This document shows, piece after piece, positions 14,811-27,686 of a stretch of DNA of 64,000 bases (the first letter of the stretch is position 1; every line of letters starts with the position of its first letter). The translations under genes were made by a program, and so were the position numbers. The notes beneath the pieces were generated by a model. The model was not told the origin of the DNA, did no database searches, and saw only the letters and a program-made list of their open reading frames with translations. Origin of the DNA: the human T2T-CHM13v2.0 reference genome, Homo sapiens; the NCBI RefSeq assembly GCF_009914755.1, contig NC_060926.1. The stretch is one strand, 5' to 3'.

Positions 14811-16240
14811 GTAACTTTTCTATCCTGGTGGGGATGAGAAGGGTAGCTCAAACACTGTTGATTACCAGAAATGCCGGAGCAAGAAAGAAGGAGAAAAACC
14901 TGTCCTCTTGGACAATGGGGGCAAATACAGAGGGGGCCCTTCAAACTCTGCCCTTGACCGGTAGGAAGAGCCCTGGACTAGGGGTCAGAAGGCTCCAGCA
15001 GCCCCGGGAGCCCCGCAACTTTCTGAGCTGTAGTTTCTTCCTGGATAGGAGGAGAAGAGGCGTGTCCACCTGCTGGAGAGCTGCTGAGATCCAGGTGCAC
15101 GTGGACCTTCCCTGGAAGGATGGTTCTGGATGACGATAGCTGTCGGTGCCCCCACTCATGAGCTGAGGGACACTGGGCACTCTGATCAGCCTCAGTCTCA
15201 GCCTGCTCATCTGTCAGATGGGATAAGATGACCCATTTCAGGGTGCCTAGAAGATTAATTGACATAACCCCCCAGAAGTGGTCAGAGGAGAGAGGGGTCA
15301 GGCGCTTGCACAGGGGCGTCGTGTCTGCACTGTGCGGCTGTAAGCACTTCTCCGCACACTGCATCTTTCTCCTGCATGTGGATGTGCATGTGAATTTGTG
15401 AGAGTCCCAGTCTGAGTGTGAGAGGCCGGGGATGAGATCAGGTGGTGCAAGGGGCTTGTCCTTGAGGCAGGAAGAGAAGCAGCTCGGGCTTAGTCAAAGC
15501 ATCGGTGCCAGAAAGGGCTCCAGGTGTGACCATTCACCCTCAGCCCCTCCAGGACAGGGTCTGTGGGAGGATTGCACAGGGAGATGGGCCGTGTTTGTAA
15601 CACCCACCATGAGGCACTCAGCCTCCTGGAATCGGGGGGCCAGAGACACAAAAAGCAGCAGCATTTGGGTCGGCACCTGCTCCCCACTCCCTGGTACCCA
15701 AGGGCACTGTCCAAAAAACAAGCCTGCCGTGGAGCGTGGGGTCTGGCGTCCACCCGTCCCTCCGCCCCAAGTTCTGCCTCTTCGGGTTCAAGCCAGAGGC
15801 ACAGGCTGGTGCCCACAGGACTGGGTCAGGATTGGGCAGGGACCAGCTCTGGCAGCCCTGCCTCAGTGGCCACCAGCCAAGGTGGTCTCTCTCCTTCCTT
15901 GTGGTGACCCTATCCATCCCAGGGACCTCGTTGTCCCTCCCTGATACCAGCCTGGACCAGGGCCCCCGAGCTCCTCGGGGTTCATCCCCCAACTCCAAAG
16001 TTCGGAAGGCAAACTGTGTCACTGTTTCCCATCCCTGCCCCTCCCTGTACTCACATCCTGTGCTGCGTGGGCCACTCAGGGACCCCGGGAGGCAGACGCC
16101 AAGACAGGGTTCGACAGCAGGAGGATATGGGGTGGGGCCATGAAGGTGCCATGTGTCCTGGGGCTGCCGGAAGGAACCCACACACTGGGCAGCTTCAGGT
16201 CACTGAGCTTCGCTGTCTTCCAGGCTGGAGGCCCTGGTCC

Positions 16241-17423
16241 CCTGGTGCACCATCACGAAGGCATGCCATCACGAGGGTGCACCGTCACGAGAGTGCACTG
16301 TCACGAGGGTGCACCATCACGAAGGCGTGCCATCACGAGGGTGCACCGTCACGAGAGTGCACTGTCACGAGGGTGCACCATCACGAAGGCGTGCCATCAC
16401 GAGGGTGCACCGTCACGAGAGTGCACTGTCACGAGGGTGCACCATCACGAAGGCGTGCCATCACGAGGGTGCACCGTCACGAGAGTGCACTGTCACGAGG
16501 GTGCACCATCACGAAGGCGTGCCATCACGAGGGTGCACCGTCACGAGAGTGCACTGTCACGAGGGTGCACCATCACGAAGGCGTGCCATCACGAGGGTGC
16601 ACCGTCACGAGAGTGCACTGTCACGAGGGTGCACCCTCACGAAGGCGTGCCATCACGAGGGTGCACCGTCACGAGAGTGCACTGTCACGAGGGTGCACCC
16701 TCACGAAGGCGTGCCATCACGAGGGTGCACCGTCACGAGAGTGCACTGTCACGAGGGTGCACCCTCACGAAGGCGTGCCATCACGAGGGTGCACCGTCAC
16801 GAGAGTGCACTGTCACGAGGGTGCACCATCACGAAGGCGTGCCATCACGAGGGTGCACCGTCACGAGAGTGCACTGTCACGAGGGTGCACCATCACGAAG
16901 GCGTGCCATCACGAGGGTGCACCGTCACGAGAGTGCACTGTCACGAGGGTGCACCATCACGAAGGCGTGCCATCACGAGGGTGCACCGTCACGAGAGTGC
17001 ACTGTCACGAGGGTGCACCATCACGAAGGCGTGCCATCACGAGGGTGCACCGTCACGAGAGTGCACTGTCACGAGGGTGCACCATCACGAAGGCGTGCCA
17101 TCACGAGGGTGCACCGTCACGAGAGTGCACTGTCACGAGGGTGCACCATCACGAAGGCGTGCCATCACGAGGGTGCACCGTCACGAGAGTGCACTGTCAC
17201 GAGGGTGCACCATCACGAAGGCGTGCCATCACGAGGGTGCACCGTCACGAGAGTGCACTGTCACGAGGGTGCACCATCACGAAGGCGTGCCATCACGAGG
17301 GTGCACCGTCACGAGGTTGCACTATCACGAGGGTGCACCATCACGAGGGTGTGTCTTCACGAGGGTGCACTGTCACGAGGGTGCACTGTCACGAGGGTGC
17401 ACTATCATGAGGGTGTGCCATCC
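16241..17423 (+). repeat. VNTR: 16-bp monomers in a 64-bp four-monomer higher-order repeat (~17 HORs plus ~6 diverged monomers)
   Basis: Unit is GAGGGTGCACCATCAC-GAAGGCGTGCCATCAC-GAGGGTGCACCGTCAC-GAGAGTGCACTGTCAC, with starts at 16305, 16369 ... 17265. Diverged monomers run from 17313. Confidence 0.98.
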
Positions 17424-19436
17424 CTGTTCTCCCCATCCTGCCCAGCTTGTGGAGATGCTCAGGTGTGGTCACGTGCCCTATGGGACTCAGACTGCCCAAA
17501 TCAGGTCAGGCTCTGTAGGAGCTCAGTCGGTTTCCCTGCTGGTGAAGGCAATATGGGAAGAGACACTTTCCTCCCAGGGGTCCTGGCCCCTGCTTCCAGC
17601 CCCTTGAGGGGCAACGCTGGGTAGTGCCATAGACGTGGCCTCACTTAGCGGGGTACACCGCATCTGGTAACTGCCGCCATCATGCACAGGGCTTGTGACT
17701 GCTGGGCCTTGGATGCATCACCCCATGAAGGGCTGAGCTCATGGGATGCTTGCTCCAGGAACCCCCCAGAGACGTCCGAGGAATGGAATGTGGGTCTGAG
17801 GGGGCCAGCCTGGATGCGGCTGCTCAGGCAGGACCAGCAGACTTCACATCCAGCGTGAACACTTTGGGGTGTGCAGGCAGTTAAGAGCCTTCCTGAAGCT
17901 CCTGGGGGGTAAAGAGAGATTGCTGTGGGAACTGGGGCCCTTGGCCCAGTTGTCTCCCTTTAGCTGGAAAACAGCATGGTCCCCATTAAAATGGAGATGG
18001 TGCATTTCACAGCCAGGGCCTTTGGGAGGCCACAGCCATAGAAAGTAGGCCTGTGGGGCTCATTCCAAATCCTTTCTTGTGGCATCTTTCCACTGAAGTA
18101 AAAAGAAGCCACCGGGGAGTGTTTTCCCTCCTTCTCACCATTTTCAATTCAGAGACTTGATTCTAAGGGACACAGATGGGTGGGCTAGGAGAGCCAGGCA
18201 GCTTCCTGGTGGCCCAGCCAGGTCAGTGCTACCTGCCTCTCCTGCCTTCTTATGGAGGTCATTGTACTCCTGAGGAGGGAGGTGGCATGGCCCTGCTGGC
18301 TGGAGGCAGGGAGAGGACCCCAGGCCATGTGAGTGCAGGTGCCTCTCCCCCAAGGGCCTGGATGGGGTCACCAGGTTCCATGTAGATGTGTAGCTGGAGG
18401 CCAAGTGTGCAGGCTGCAGGGCTGTGCCCATGGGCAGGGGAGGCTCAGGGCACCAGGAAGGTGTGCATGACCTCCCCTTGGGGTCTGCTCCTGAGCATGG
18501 CCGAGCCTCCCCAAAAGGCCTTTGGGTGTGCAGCCTGTGGCAGCCTGCTGGGGCCCTGTGTGTGCCAGGAGCAAGGGTTTGAGTTTCAGCTCACCATTGC
18601 TGCTAGTGGGGCCTCAGGGAAGTGGCTTTAATATTGTTAGGTCTGTCTCCTCATCTATAAACTGGGGATGACATTTTCGGGGTGCTTTGAACAAAGTAGC
18701 TGTGCAAATCTCATAGGCAGTAGGTGCTCAATGCTCCCTTCCTTTCCTTTCCACAAAAGCAGGTTACTAAGACCCAGTAAACCCTCCGGCCGGCGGCCGA
18801 CAGCTGCTTTTGAGCCCTTGCTTCTTTTTCCCCTGTACAATTTGAATGTTCTGTGCACTGAAGGGGGACTCAGGGACCCGGCCAGTCAGCCTAATGCTGG
18901 GGCACAAGTGATGATTAGAATGCTATGATCCCCTGTCTTGTTTTGCAGACACCAGATTGGAGCCTTCATTGTGGCCTCCTCCAAATCCCCACGGGCACCT
19001 GGGAGGAGGGAAGAGGCACAGATTCACCCTGCAGAGAACCAAGAGAGCTGGGAGGCAGAGATGCCAGCATGGGAAACCCACCCAGGCAGGACCTCATGAA
19101 GCAGAGGACAGCATGCAGGTAGCGCTGGCCTGGCCGGGCCCTCAGGAAGCGACCTGGCTCTCCTAGCCCCACCGGTCTGTGTCCCTTGGAAATCAAGTCT
19201 CTGAATTGAAAATGTTGAGAAGGAATGAAAAACACTCCCGAGTGACTTCTTTTTTCTTCAATGGAAAGACCCTGCACAGGGACCCGGCTCTGAGCTGGTG
19301 ACAGGACAGCCCACCCACCTGTCACCTGCAGAGATGCCCCCTCCTCCCTCCTACACCCTCACTTCCTCCCATCTTCCCTAATCCAGCCCGAGCCGGCATC
19401 TCCCAGAAACTGCTCAGAAGAACTAGAGAGGGGTGC

Positions 19437-19871
19437 TGTTGGGAATTAGATAGTGACCGCAAAGTATATCTTCATCCAGAACCTCATAATGACCTTAGAC
19501 CCCAAGGTCTTTCTTGGAAATCGGTTCTTTACAGATATAATTAGTTAAGGATCTTGAGATGAGATCATCTTCGGGCAGGTGGGCCCTAAATTCAATGCCT
19601 ACTACCCTCATAAGAAGAGGAGAGCACACAGAGACACACAGGAAGAGCGCCCTGTGAAGAGGGAGGCGGAGATGGACGTGATGCAGCCACAAGCCAAGGA
19701 ATGACTGGAGCCGCCAGAAGCTGGAAGAGGCAGAAGAACCCTCCGCAGAGCCTCAGGAGGGAGCATGAATTTCGCATGTCACCTTCAGAACTGTGAGAGA
19801 AGAAACGTCTGTGTTTTAAGCCCCCATCCTCTGTTTGTGATCATTGTTATGGCAGCCAGGACCCTTATGCA
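19437..19871 (+). mobile_element. MaLR LTR, MLT1C/B-like
   Basis: CTTGGAAATCGGTTCTTTACAGATATAATTAGTTAAGGATCTTGAGATGAGATCATC...GCCACAAGCCAAGGAATG...CCAGAAGCTGGAAGAGGC...CAGAACTGTGAGAGAAGAAAC. Confidence 0.82.
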
Positions 19872-21625
19872 ATTGGGGTCCAGGAGTGAGGCGGCCGGGC
19901 ATTGCTGCTTAAATGTGGGTGCACCCAGCAGAGTGCTCACAGCTGTGGGGTGAAGAGGCTGGCATTGCAGAGCAGAAAGGCTCACAGGGGGGCTCTGATG
20001 GGGACACAAACTGGACTTGGAAATAAACGCACAAGAGAGGAGTGAAAGACAACATTGAGGCTAAAAAGGAGGATCAAGGATGTGGAAAATCCACGGTGGA
20101 GGTACTCCAAAAGCGTAATCCAAGGTGAAAGTGGAGGAGGAGGTGTCGGCTGGGGGCAGAGAATGAGGGGAGTGTGGAGCTCAACCATGCTCTTCAGCGC
20201 ACAGCAGTGTAGCATCCTACCTGAGGGTAGGATTGGTGGATTCCTGCCTGGGTTCCATTGCTCAATGCTGTGTGACTTCAAACAAATCACCCAACCTCTC
20301 TGTGCCTCATGTGTATCATCTGTGAAAAGGGACAATAGCTGTTTTTTATGCTTCTTGTGAGGAGTAAATAAAAGGACAGCTGGTAAGGAGCTTAGAACAG
20401 TTCCTGGCAGATGGAAAGTATCCAAATAGATTTCATCTGTTAATATTAAGAGAACAGAAACAAAAGTCAAAGACATAATCAAAGAAAACTCCCCAGGCTG
20501 CAGAAAGGCAGTGCAGGCAGAGTTGGTCAGTGCACCACTGGGGGAAAAAAACACCCCAGCATGTATGGAATGACAAAGCGTAAAAACAAATGTGTGTATG
20601 TGTGCCCTGCACAACACCACAGAGCTACTATAAGCCAAGCTCTATGCATTACTGACTTGGAGTGACCATGTAATGTGCTGTTAATGGAATGAAACAAGTT
20701 GTGGGAAAAACACAGAGCACAATCCTGTTTATAAACATCTTGGTGCTCATGTCTCCTGCTGGACAGGTGTTGGGAGGCTCCCTGCAGGTGTCGCCTGTGA
20801 AGGGCTGAGTGAGGCATGGAGCCACTGTGAGTAGGTGTTCCTGTCCCTGCAGCACCTTATGGCTCAGAATCGCCTCATTTGATGCATAGAAGGTGGGAGG
20901 CCAGGTGCTTGTCCCCTACTCACTTGCAGAGGAGACTGAGTCCCTTCAACTCAGTGCTGGCTGGGAGCTGGGCAGGGGCTCCAGGTCCCTTCTCTGCCCC
21001 CTGCACACTGTGCCTTGCGCCTGATTCTCCTCAAGTTCCCGAGGAGACCCAGAGTTCCTGGGTGCAGCTTTGGGGCATCTGGGGCTCAGAGCTGTCCTTG
21101 TAACCAGGCAACACTGACAACTTTTAAACTGGTTTGATTACCCAGAAAAAACCAAATGTCCCATCTGATTCTATCGCTCCCATCATTGCAGGAAGCATCT
21201 GCCGTTGCCAGGCAACAGCTGGGTGCTGCACGTCAAAGGCCAGAGCCAGCCTGGCTTTTTGCACCCTGTACGCAAGCCCGAGCCACTAGCTTGTGTGACT
21301 GCGTGTGGCCGAGGCTCTGACCCTGTGCCCCGTGGACAAGGCTGCGGTCGGGATAACATCTCTCTCCCCAAGCTATAAAATCCCAACTCCCCGCCTCACT
21401 GCAGCTCCTCCATCAGAGGTCCCTGGAGGAAGCGCTTTCCCTGAATTATGCATTTCTCACTGACCTTTCCAACCCGCTGTGGCCTCTCCTTGCATTTCTG
21501 GCAGTGCTGTGACTTGCTGATTGGAGGAGGCTCGAGTCAGGGGTCAGAAGGGCCTCTGGGGATTATCCCGTCCAAAGCCTCTCACCAAGGCCTTTCACAG
21601 TATCTTCTTTTTAGCGCCAGAACCC

Positions 21626-21904
21626 TGTGTGTGTGCACGTGTGTGTGCACCTGCGTGCGCGTGTACGTGTGTGTGCACCTGCATGTGTGCACCTGCGTGT
21701 GTGTACGTGTGCACCTGCATGTGTGTGCGTGTGTGCACCTGTGTGTGTGTACGTGTGTGCACCTGCGTGTGTGCACCTGCGTGTGTGTGCGTGTGTGCAC
21801 CTGCATGTGTGTGCACGTGTGTGTACCTGCGTGTGTGCACCTGCATGTGTGTGCACGTGTGTGTGCGCACCTGCGTGTGTGTGTGTGTGTGTGCATGCGC
21901 ATGC
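21626..21904 (+). repeat. Interrupted (GT)n / purine-pyrimidine repeat with recurrent GCACCTG
   Basis: About 280 bp of GTGTGT broken by 10 CACCTG motifs and several CACGTG/TACGTG. Confidence 0.95.
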
Positions 21905-23841
21905 CTGTTCTCCAGATGAGACCTTGGTGCAGAACCCTGGCATGTAAAGCAGATCAAGGAGGGGCTGGGCTGACAACTCGGGGAGGGGCTCCCGAGGCTT
22001 CACCCACCCAGGCCCACAGCTCCCTCCTCTCTCCCTGCCCTGGAGACACCTCTGGGAGGCTACTTGGGAATCCCTTGTCTAGTTCCATTGTCTGGTTTCA
22101 CAGATGGGGAAACTGGCCCCAGACAGGAAAGTGCAATGCACTCACGCTTGGGGTGGAGCTGGGTGGCCCAGGCGTCCAGGTGTGTCCTGGTGGGTGGGGT
22201 GGTATGGGGTTCTTTCTGTGGAACAAGAGCTGGCCCTGGCAGGAAGAACTCTTCCCCAGGACAGGCCTCCTTCCAGGAGGGAGTCGTGGCATGATTGTGT
22301 GTGGAGAGCAGTGCTCCTCTTTCTCTTTGGTCTCGAGCACAGGGGAGACTCCAGGAAACGTGGTCTGGCATGAATCCAGGGATCAGGAGCAGAGAGTGCA
22401 CGCTGACTGAGCAGCCTTCCATCTGTGGAGGAGCGACACGTTTCCCATTTCCCTCACTCCGCTTCTTCATCTCGGGGTCAGGCCTGGGTGCCTTGGGATC
22501 TGGAAGGCTAAGCACCAGTGCCTTAGCACGTGCTGTGCTCAGCCTGGAGCATTCTTATCCTGTCCCACCTGGGACGCTCACCTGTGTCTTTCCCGCCCTG
22601 GCTCAATTCTCCCTGCTCTGCAAAATGTTGGCCAGGTCTCCCCACGCCTTCCCAGGCTTCCCCGGGCAGCACCAAGTCACACCATGTGCTGTGATGCGAT
22701 CTTGTCTCCCCAGCACTTCTTGAACCATCTACTGCCTTATGTTAAGTCGTTTCGTACCTGGGAGTTGCTCAAAGAATCTGGGGTGCAGAAGAATTGATTA
22801 TTGCTTCTACATATTATAGATAATTTTTTAAACACTGAAAATGATTTTGTTGGAGGCTTGGGCGGGGCCAGGCAAGGCATGCAAGGTGGTCTACATCCTC
22901 AGCAGCTTCAGGGCCCAGGCAAGTCCCTGCCTCTTGCCCAGACACCGAACGATCATGAATGTGGGATTGTGGGAACTCTGGGTGTGAGCTTTGAGGAGCC
23001 CTGCAAAGAGGAGAACACTAGAGCAGTCTTTGCTCCAGCCCTGCTTGCTCCTGCTCTCTCTGCCCACAGGGAGTTGCTGTCAACTCTCTGAATTAGCCAT
23101 GAGTTCTCTCCTCCTGGCCTCTGCACACAGCTTCTCTCTCTCTAGAACACATCCTTTTCTTCCCCCATAATCCAGCCCAATCCCACTCATCTTTCAGTGT
23201 CTTACCGGGTCATTCCTTCTTCCAGGGAGCTGTTCCTGAGCCCCTCTGGGTGCACCCTACCCCTTCCCTGTCTGTAGTACCATAAACCTGGTGTACTGTG
23301 CGTGCTGTGGGGCTGTGTCTCTGCTGCCCTCGGTGTGCAGAGTCCGCTGGGTGAAGCTCTTCCTAGTTTCTAGCTCATCTTTGGGCAGGCTCACGGCTGT
23401 GATGGAAGGAATTAGTCAATTGGTTCACTCCCTCATTCCTCCATTTAGCCGTGTGGCCTGTCAGTGACCTGGGCAGCAGTCCCAGAGCTGCTCAGCTCAG
23501 GGTGGAGAAGCAGCCTGGGGAGCAGAGGAGGGGCTTGATTCTGCAGTCAGCTGCCTGGGCCCCAGTCCCACACCTGCTCCCTGTTAGCCACGTGATCCCA
23601 GGGAAGTCGCTTCACACCTCTGACCTCAGTTTCCCCAAGTGTGAATTTAGTTGCTTCATAGAATTGTTATGGGCATGACAAGTGTTAATCAAAAGCGTAG
23701 TTTTAGAACTAAGCCAAGCTCAGTAATATGGAAGTATTAGCTATGATTAATTTGATTGTTTTCTAAAATGATTACAAAGCGTGGTACAGAAAGGTCAACT
23801 GATTTTCCCAGAGTCACAATCAAAAGATGTGTTTTTATTTA

Positions 23842-24330
23842 TGTGGTGGTTTTAAAACAGTCTCAAATTTCTTTGAAACTTCTGCTATGGAGAGGTGGGG
23901 TCCGAATTTCCTCCCGTTGAGTGTGGGCTCTGTGGCTGCTTGATCAATAAAACATGGTGGGTGCTGGGGCAGCCTGGCCCAGACTGTAGAAACAGCAGCT
24001 TCTGTTTCCTGTCTCTGGGGGCACTTGCTCTGGAACCCAGCTGCCATGTTGGAAGGGAGCCCAAGCAGCCCGTGAAGAACTTCTGCGTGGAGCAGAAATG
24101 AGGCCCCAGCCCTCAACCTTGGCTGGTGCAGCTGCACCCGCTGGCCTGCCCTGTGCCTGGGCTGCTTTGGAAGGGGTCCTGCAGTCTCCAGTCAAGCCAC
24201 TCATCTGATGCTGTGTGGAACAGGAGTGTCTGCACCTGCCGAGCTACATGGTAAACAAAAGAAATGCTGTGGCTGTCAAGCCTTTGGCTTCCAGGGTGGC
24301 TGTTATGTGGCAGTAGTCACTGGAGCACAG
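23842..24330 (+). mobile_element. MaLR LTR, MLT1F/G-like
   Basis: TGTGGTGGTTTTAAAA...GAGGTGGGGTCCGAATTTCCTCCCGTTGAGTGTGGGC...GGAACCCAGCTGCCATGTTGGAAGG...GGTGGCTGTTATGTGGCAGTAG. Confidence 0.65.
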
Positions 24331-26200
24331 CTGCCTTAAGCATCACATGAGAATCATTATGAATCCCAAATAGACAAATTCAGCCTCAGAGCCTCTCCCC
24401 TTTCCTCTTATTTGCCAGCCGTGCCCACCTCTAAACCGTCCTTCCCCCGTGGACCCATGCTGTGTGCTGTGGTGCCCGATGGCAGCCCCTCACCCACCTC
24501 TGGTCTCAGCTGGAGCTGTGTGCAGGCTTGTGCACCATGAGGCCCCTTTTCTGTCCCACGTTAGGATCCACCCTGGGCTGCATCAGCACAGTGGGTCAGA
24601 AAGGAGCCCCGGGGATGGGGCTGACATCAGGCCTGCCCTCCACCAAGGGCAGCAAGCAGGCGGGCTTCTCTTCCTGACCCCACAGGCCAGCATGAGACCT
24701 GGGAAATAGCAGGTGCTCTATAAATATGTGGCCAGATGGATTGAATGACTGAATGAATGGAAACCCCCAGCCTGGAGAGGCCTCTCACCTGGGTCTTATT
24801 CCACCAAAAGCCCTGGCCCTGCCCAAAGTGACCACACAGCTCCTGACTCGGAGCTGAGGCCCGAGGCCAACAGGTCAGAGGAAGAGGAAGTGGGGATCCT
24901 GAGGCAGCGAGGAGGGTGGCTTCTCCCCTAGCTTGCCCCTGAGTGACCCTCTCATGCTGCCCCTACCCTGACTGGCCACCAGGCTGCAGCTCCCCTTCCT
25001 GCCTCCCATCCCAACAAGCCCTTCCCCTGCATCCCTAGGTCAGACCTTCTTGGCCTCATATGGAATCTTGTCCCTGAGGGTCTCCTAAATGGCCCTGGTG
25101 GCCTGGGGAAGCCCCTCCTGTCCACTCCCCATGCTGCTGAGACCCACCTTCTGTCCACAGCTCTGAGCCTCCCGCACTTGCCTCTTTACCTCCTCACCCC
25201 CTCTGCCTCCCTCCCCGGGGAGCTCCACACCCCCGTCCTTCCACGCTCTGTACTCTCTCACCCTGGGGGTTTGCACATGCTGTCCTTCTGCCTGCAACAC
25301 TTTTCCCTGCCCCAACCTGGAAAATGCCTAGTTATCCAGCAAGAGTGACTCAGGCATCCCCTTCGGAACTCTCCAAACAGGTGAGGCTCTGCAGGAACAC
25401 CCATAGCCCCTCATGCAGTCATTCATTCATTCAACAAATACCTACCAAGCACTACTGAGTGCCAAGCTGTGCCTTAGGCCCTGGGGAGTTGGTGGGGGGG
25501 TGGACAAACCCTGCCTTCTTGTAACTATTAAGAGCAAACCGCCCTGCCCAGCTGGGTTAGATGCCTTTCCACACACCATCTTTGCTGGATCGCCGGCCCC
25601 TTCGATCTCCAGGATCTTTCCTCCTCAGACTGAGAGGCACTTGGGCAAGGTCCTTCCTGATCCCCGCACCAAGGCCACACATGGGGGCTGCCTTTTGAAA
25701 GGCGGATGTTCAGATTCCGCCTGGGGAGCCTGTGGTCTGGGCTGAGCCCCCTGGACTCTGGTGCAGGTGTTGGGAGGGGGTGAACATCTGGAGAAGCCCC
25801 TCCTGGGCACAGTGGCCCCCGCCCTGTCCCGGCAAGCTGGGCACTCCAGGACCCTGCATGGGATCCTGGCTCCGCTGTCCACCCTCCACCCAGCTCAACA
25901 GACTCTGCCCCGACATGTGCGGGACCCCACCTCGTGCATTCTCCTTAGACCTGAGCCCCTGTCCCTCTTCGTAGGTGCCCATGTGTGTTGGTTGCAGGAA
26001 TGGAGGATGCACGAGGTTAGAGAGGTTTTCAGAACATGTAGCCTTCTGTGATGACACTAACTTGATTTCTGTCTTTCACTACCAGGTTGCCCCAGGCTTT
26101 TCCTGCCTCTAATCTTCCCTTTTTGAAAGAATCCTCAAAAGCACATGCGTTAAAGCCTTCTCAAAGCTCCCACATGATCTTGAGCATCAAATGAACATGA

Positions 26201-27011
<811 letters not shown>

Positions 27012-27159
27012 TGAATGGTGTAGTCTTGTGTGTTCTCCTGTTTACAGTGGGAAATCGGACAGTGGGTCAGAGATGAACAAGGAGTAGGCACTGGAAGGAC
27101 CAAAAGAGAATTATTTGAGTCAAAGCCCCAAGTGATGACATCATCATCACCACCGTTAT

Positions 27160-27380
27160 TATCACTGATATCTACCGAGGGTGTTCTGTGTGCCAGACAT
27201 TATTTTAATTGCATAATGCACCATCTCATCTAATCTACAGCACCCTAAGTGGTGAGTTTTGTCGTCATGCCTATTCTGCAGATGTGAGAACTGACACTCA
27301 GACAGTTGGGGAACTTGCCCAGGATTGCACAGATGATGAGGGAGGGGTACAGGCAGAATTTGAAACTGGGCAGGATGATT
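27160..27380 (+). mobile_element. MIR SINE relic
   Basis: TGTGCCAGACAT...CATCTCATCTAATCTACAGCACCCT...TATTCTGCAGATGTGAGAACTGACACTCAGA...AACTTGCCCAGGATTGCACAG resembles the MIR core. Similar relics lie near 15130-15260, 18575-18730, 20240-20400 and 23570-23740. Confidence 0.6.
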
Positions 27381-27513
27381 CCGGAGCCTGTTGTCCACCA
27401 TGCTAGGGCAGAAGAGTGGCATTTTCCAGAGCAATCAGGAATCCATGGCGCAGGTGCAGAGCAAGGTGGTGCGGCAGAGGCATATTGCAGGCCTGGCCGT
27501 CGGCTCAGAGCAG

Positions 27514-27686
27514 GAGGAGGTCACAGAGCAGCCCTTGCTGCCTGTGGTAAGCAACTGAGGAGGTCACAGAGCAGCCCTTGCTGCCCGTGGTAAGCAACTG
27601 AGGAGGTCACAGAGCAGCCCTTGCTGCCTGTGGTAAGCAACTGAGGAGGTCACAGAGCAGCCCTTGCTGCCCGTGGTAAGCGACTG
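27514..27686 (+). repeat. 43-bp minisatellite, 4 copies
   Basis: GAGGAGGTCACAGAGCAGCCCTTGCTGCC(T/C)GTGGTAAGCAACT at 27514, 27557, 27600 and 27643. Confidence 0.97.

Noticed and set aside
16241-17423. Regular repeat resembling a CRISPR array
   Set aside because: There are no unique spacers and no cas genes, and the context is primate DNA. It is a pure tandem repeat.
21448-22410. 320-aa ORF with CVCVH repeats and overlapping HTHT ORFs
   Set aside because: These are translations of the GT/CA repeat, which has no stop codons.
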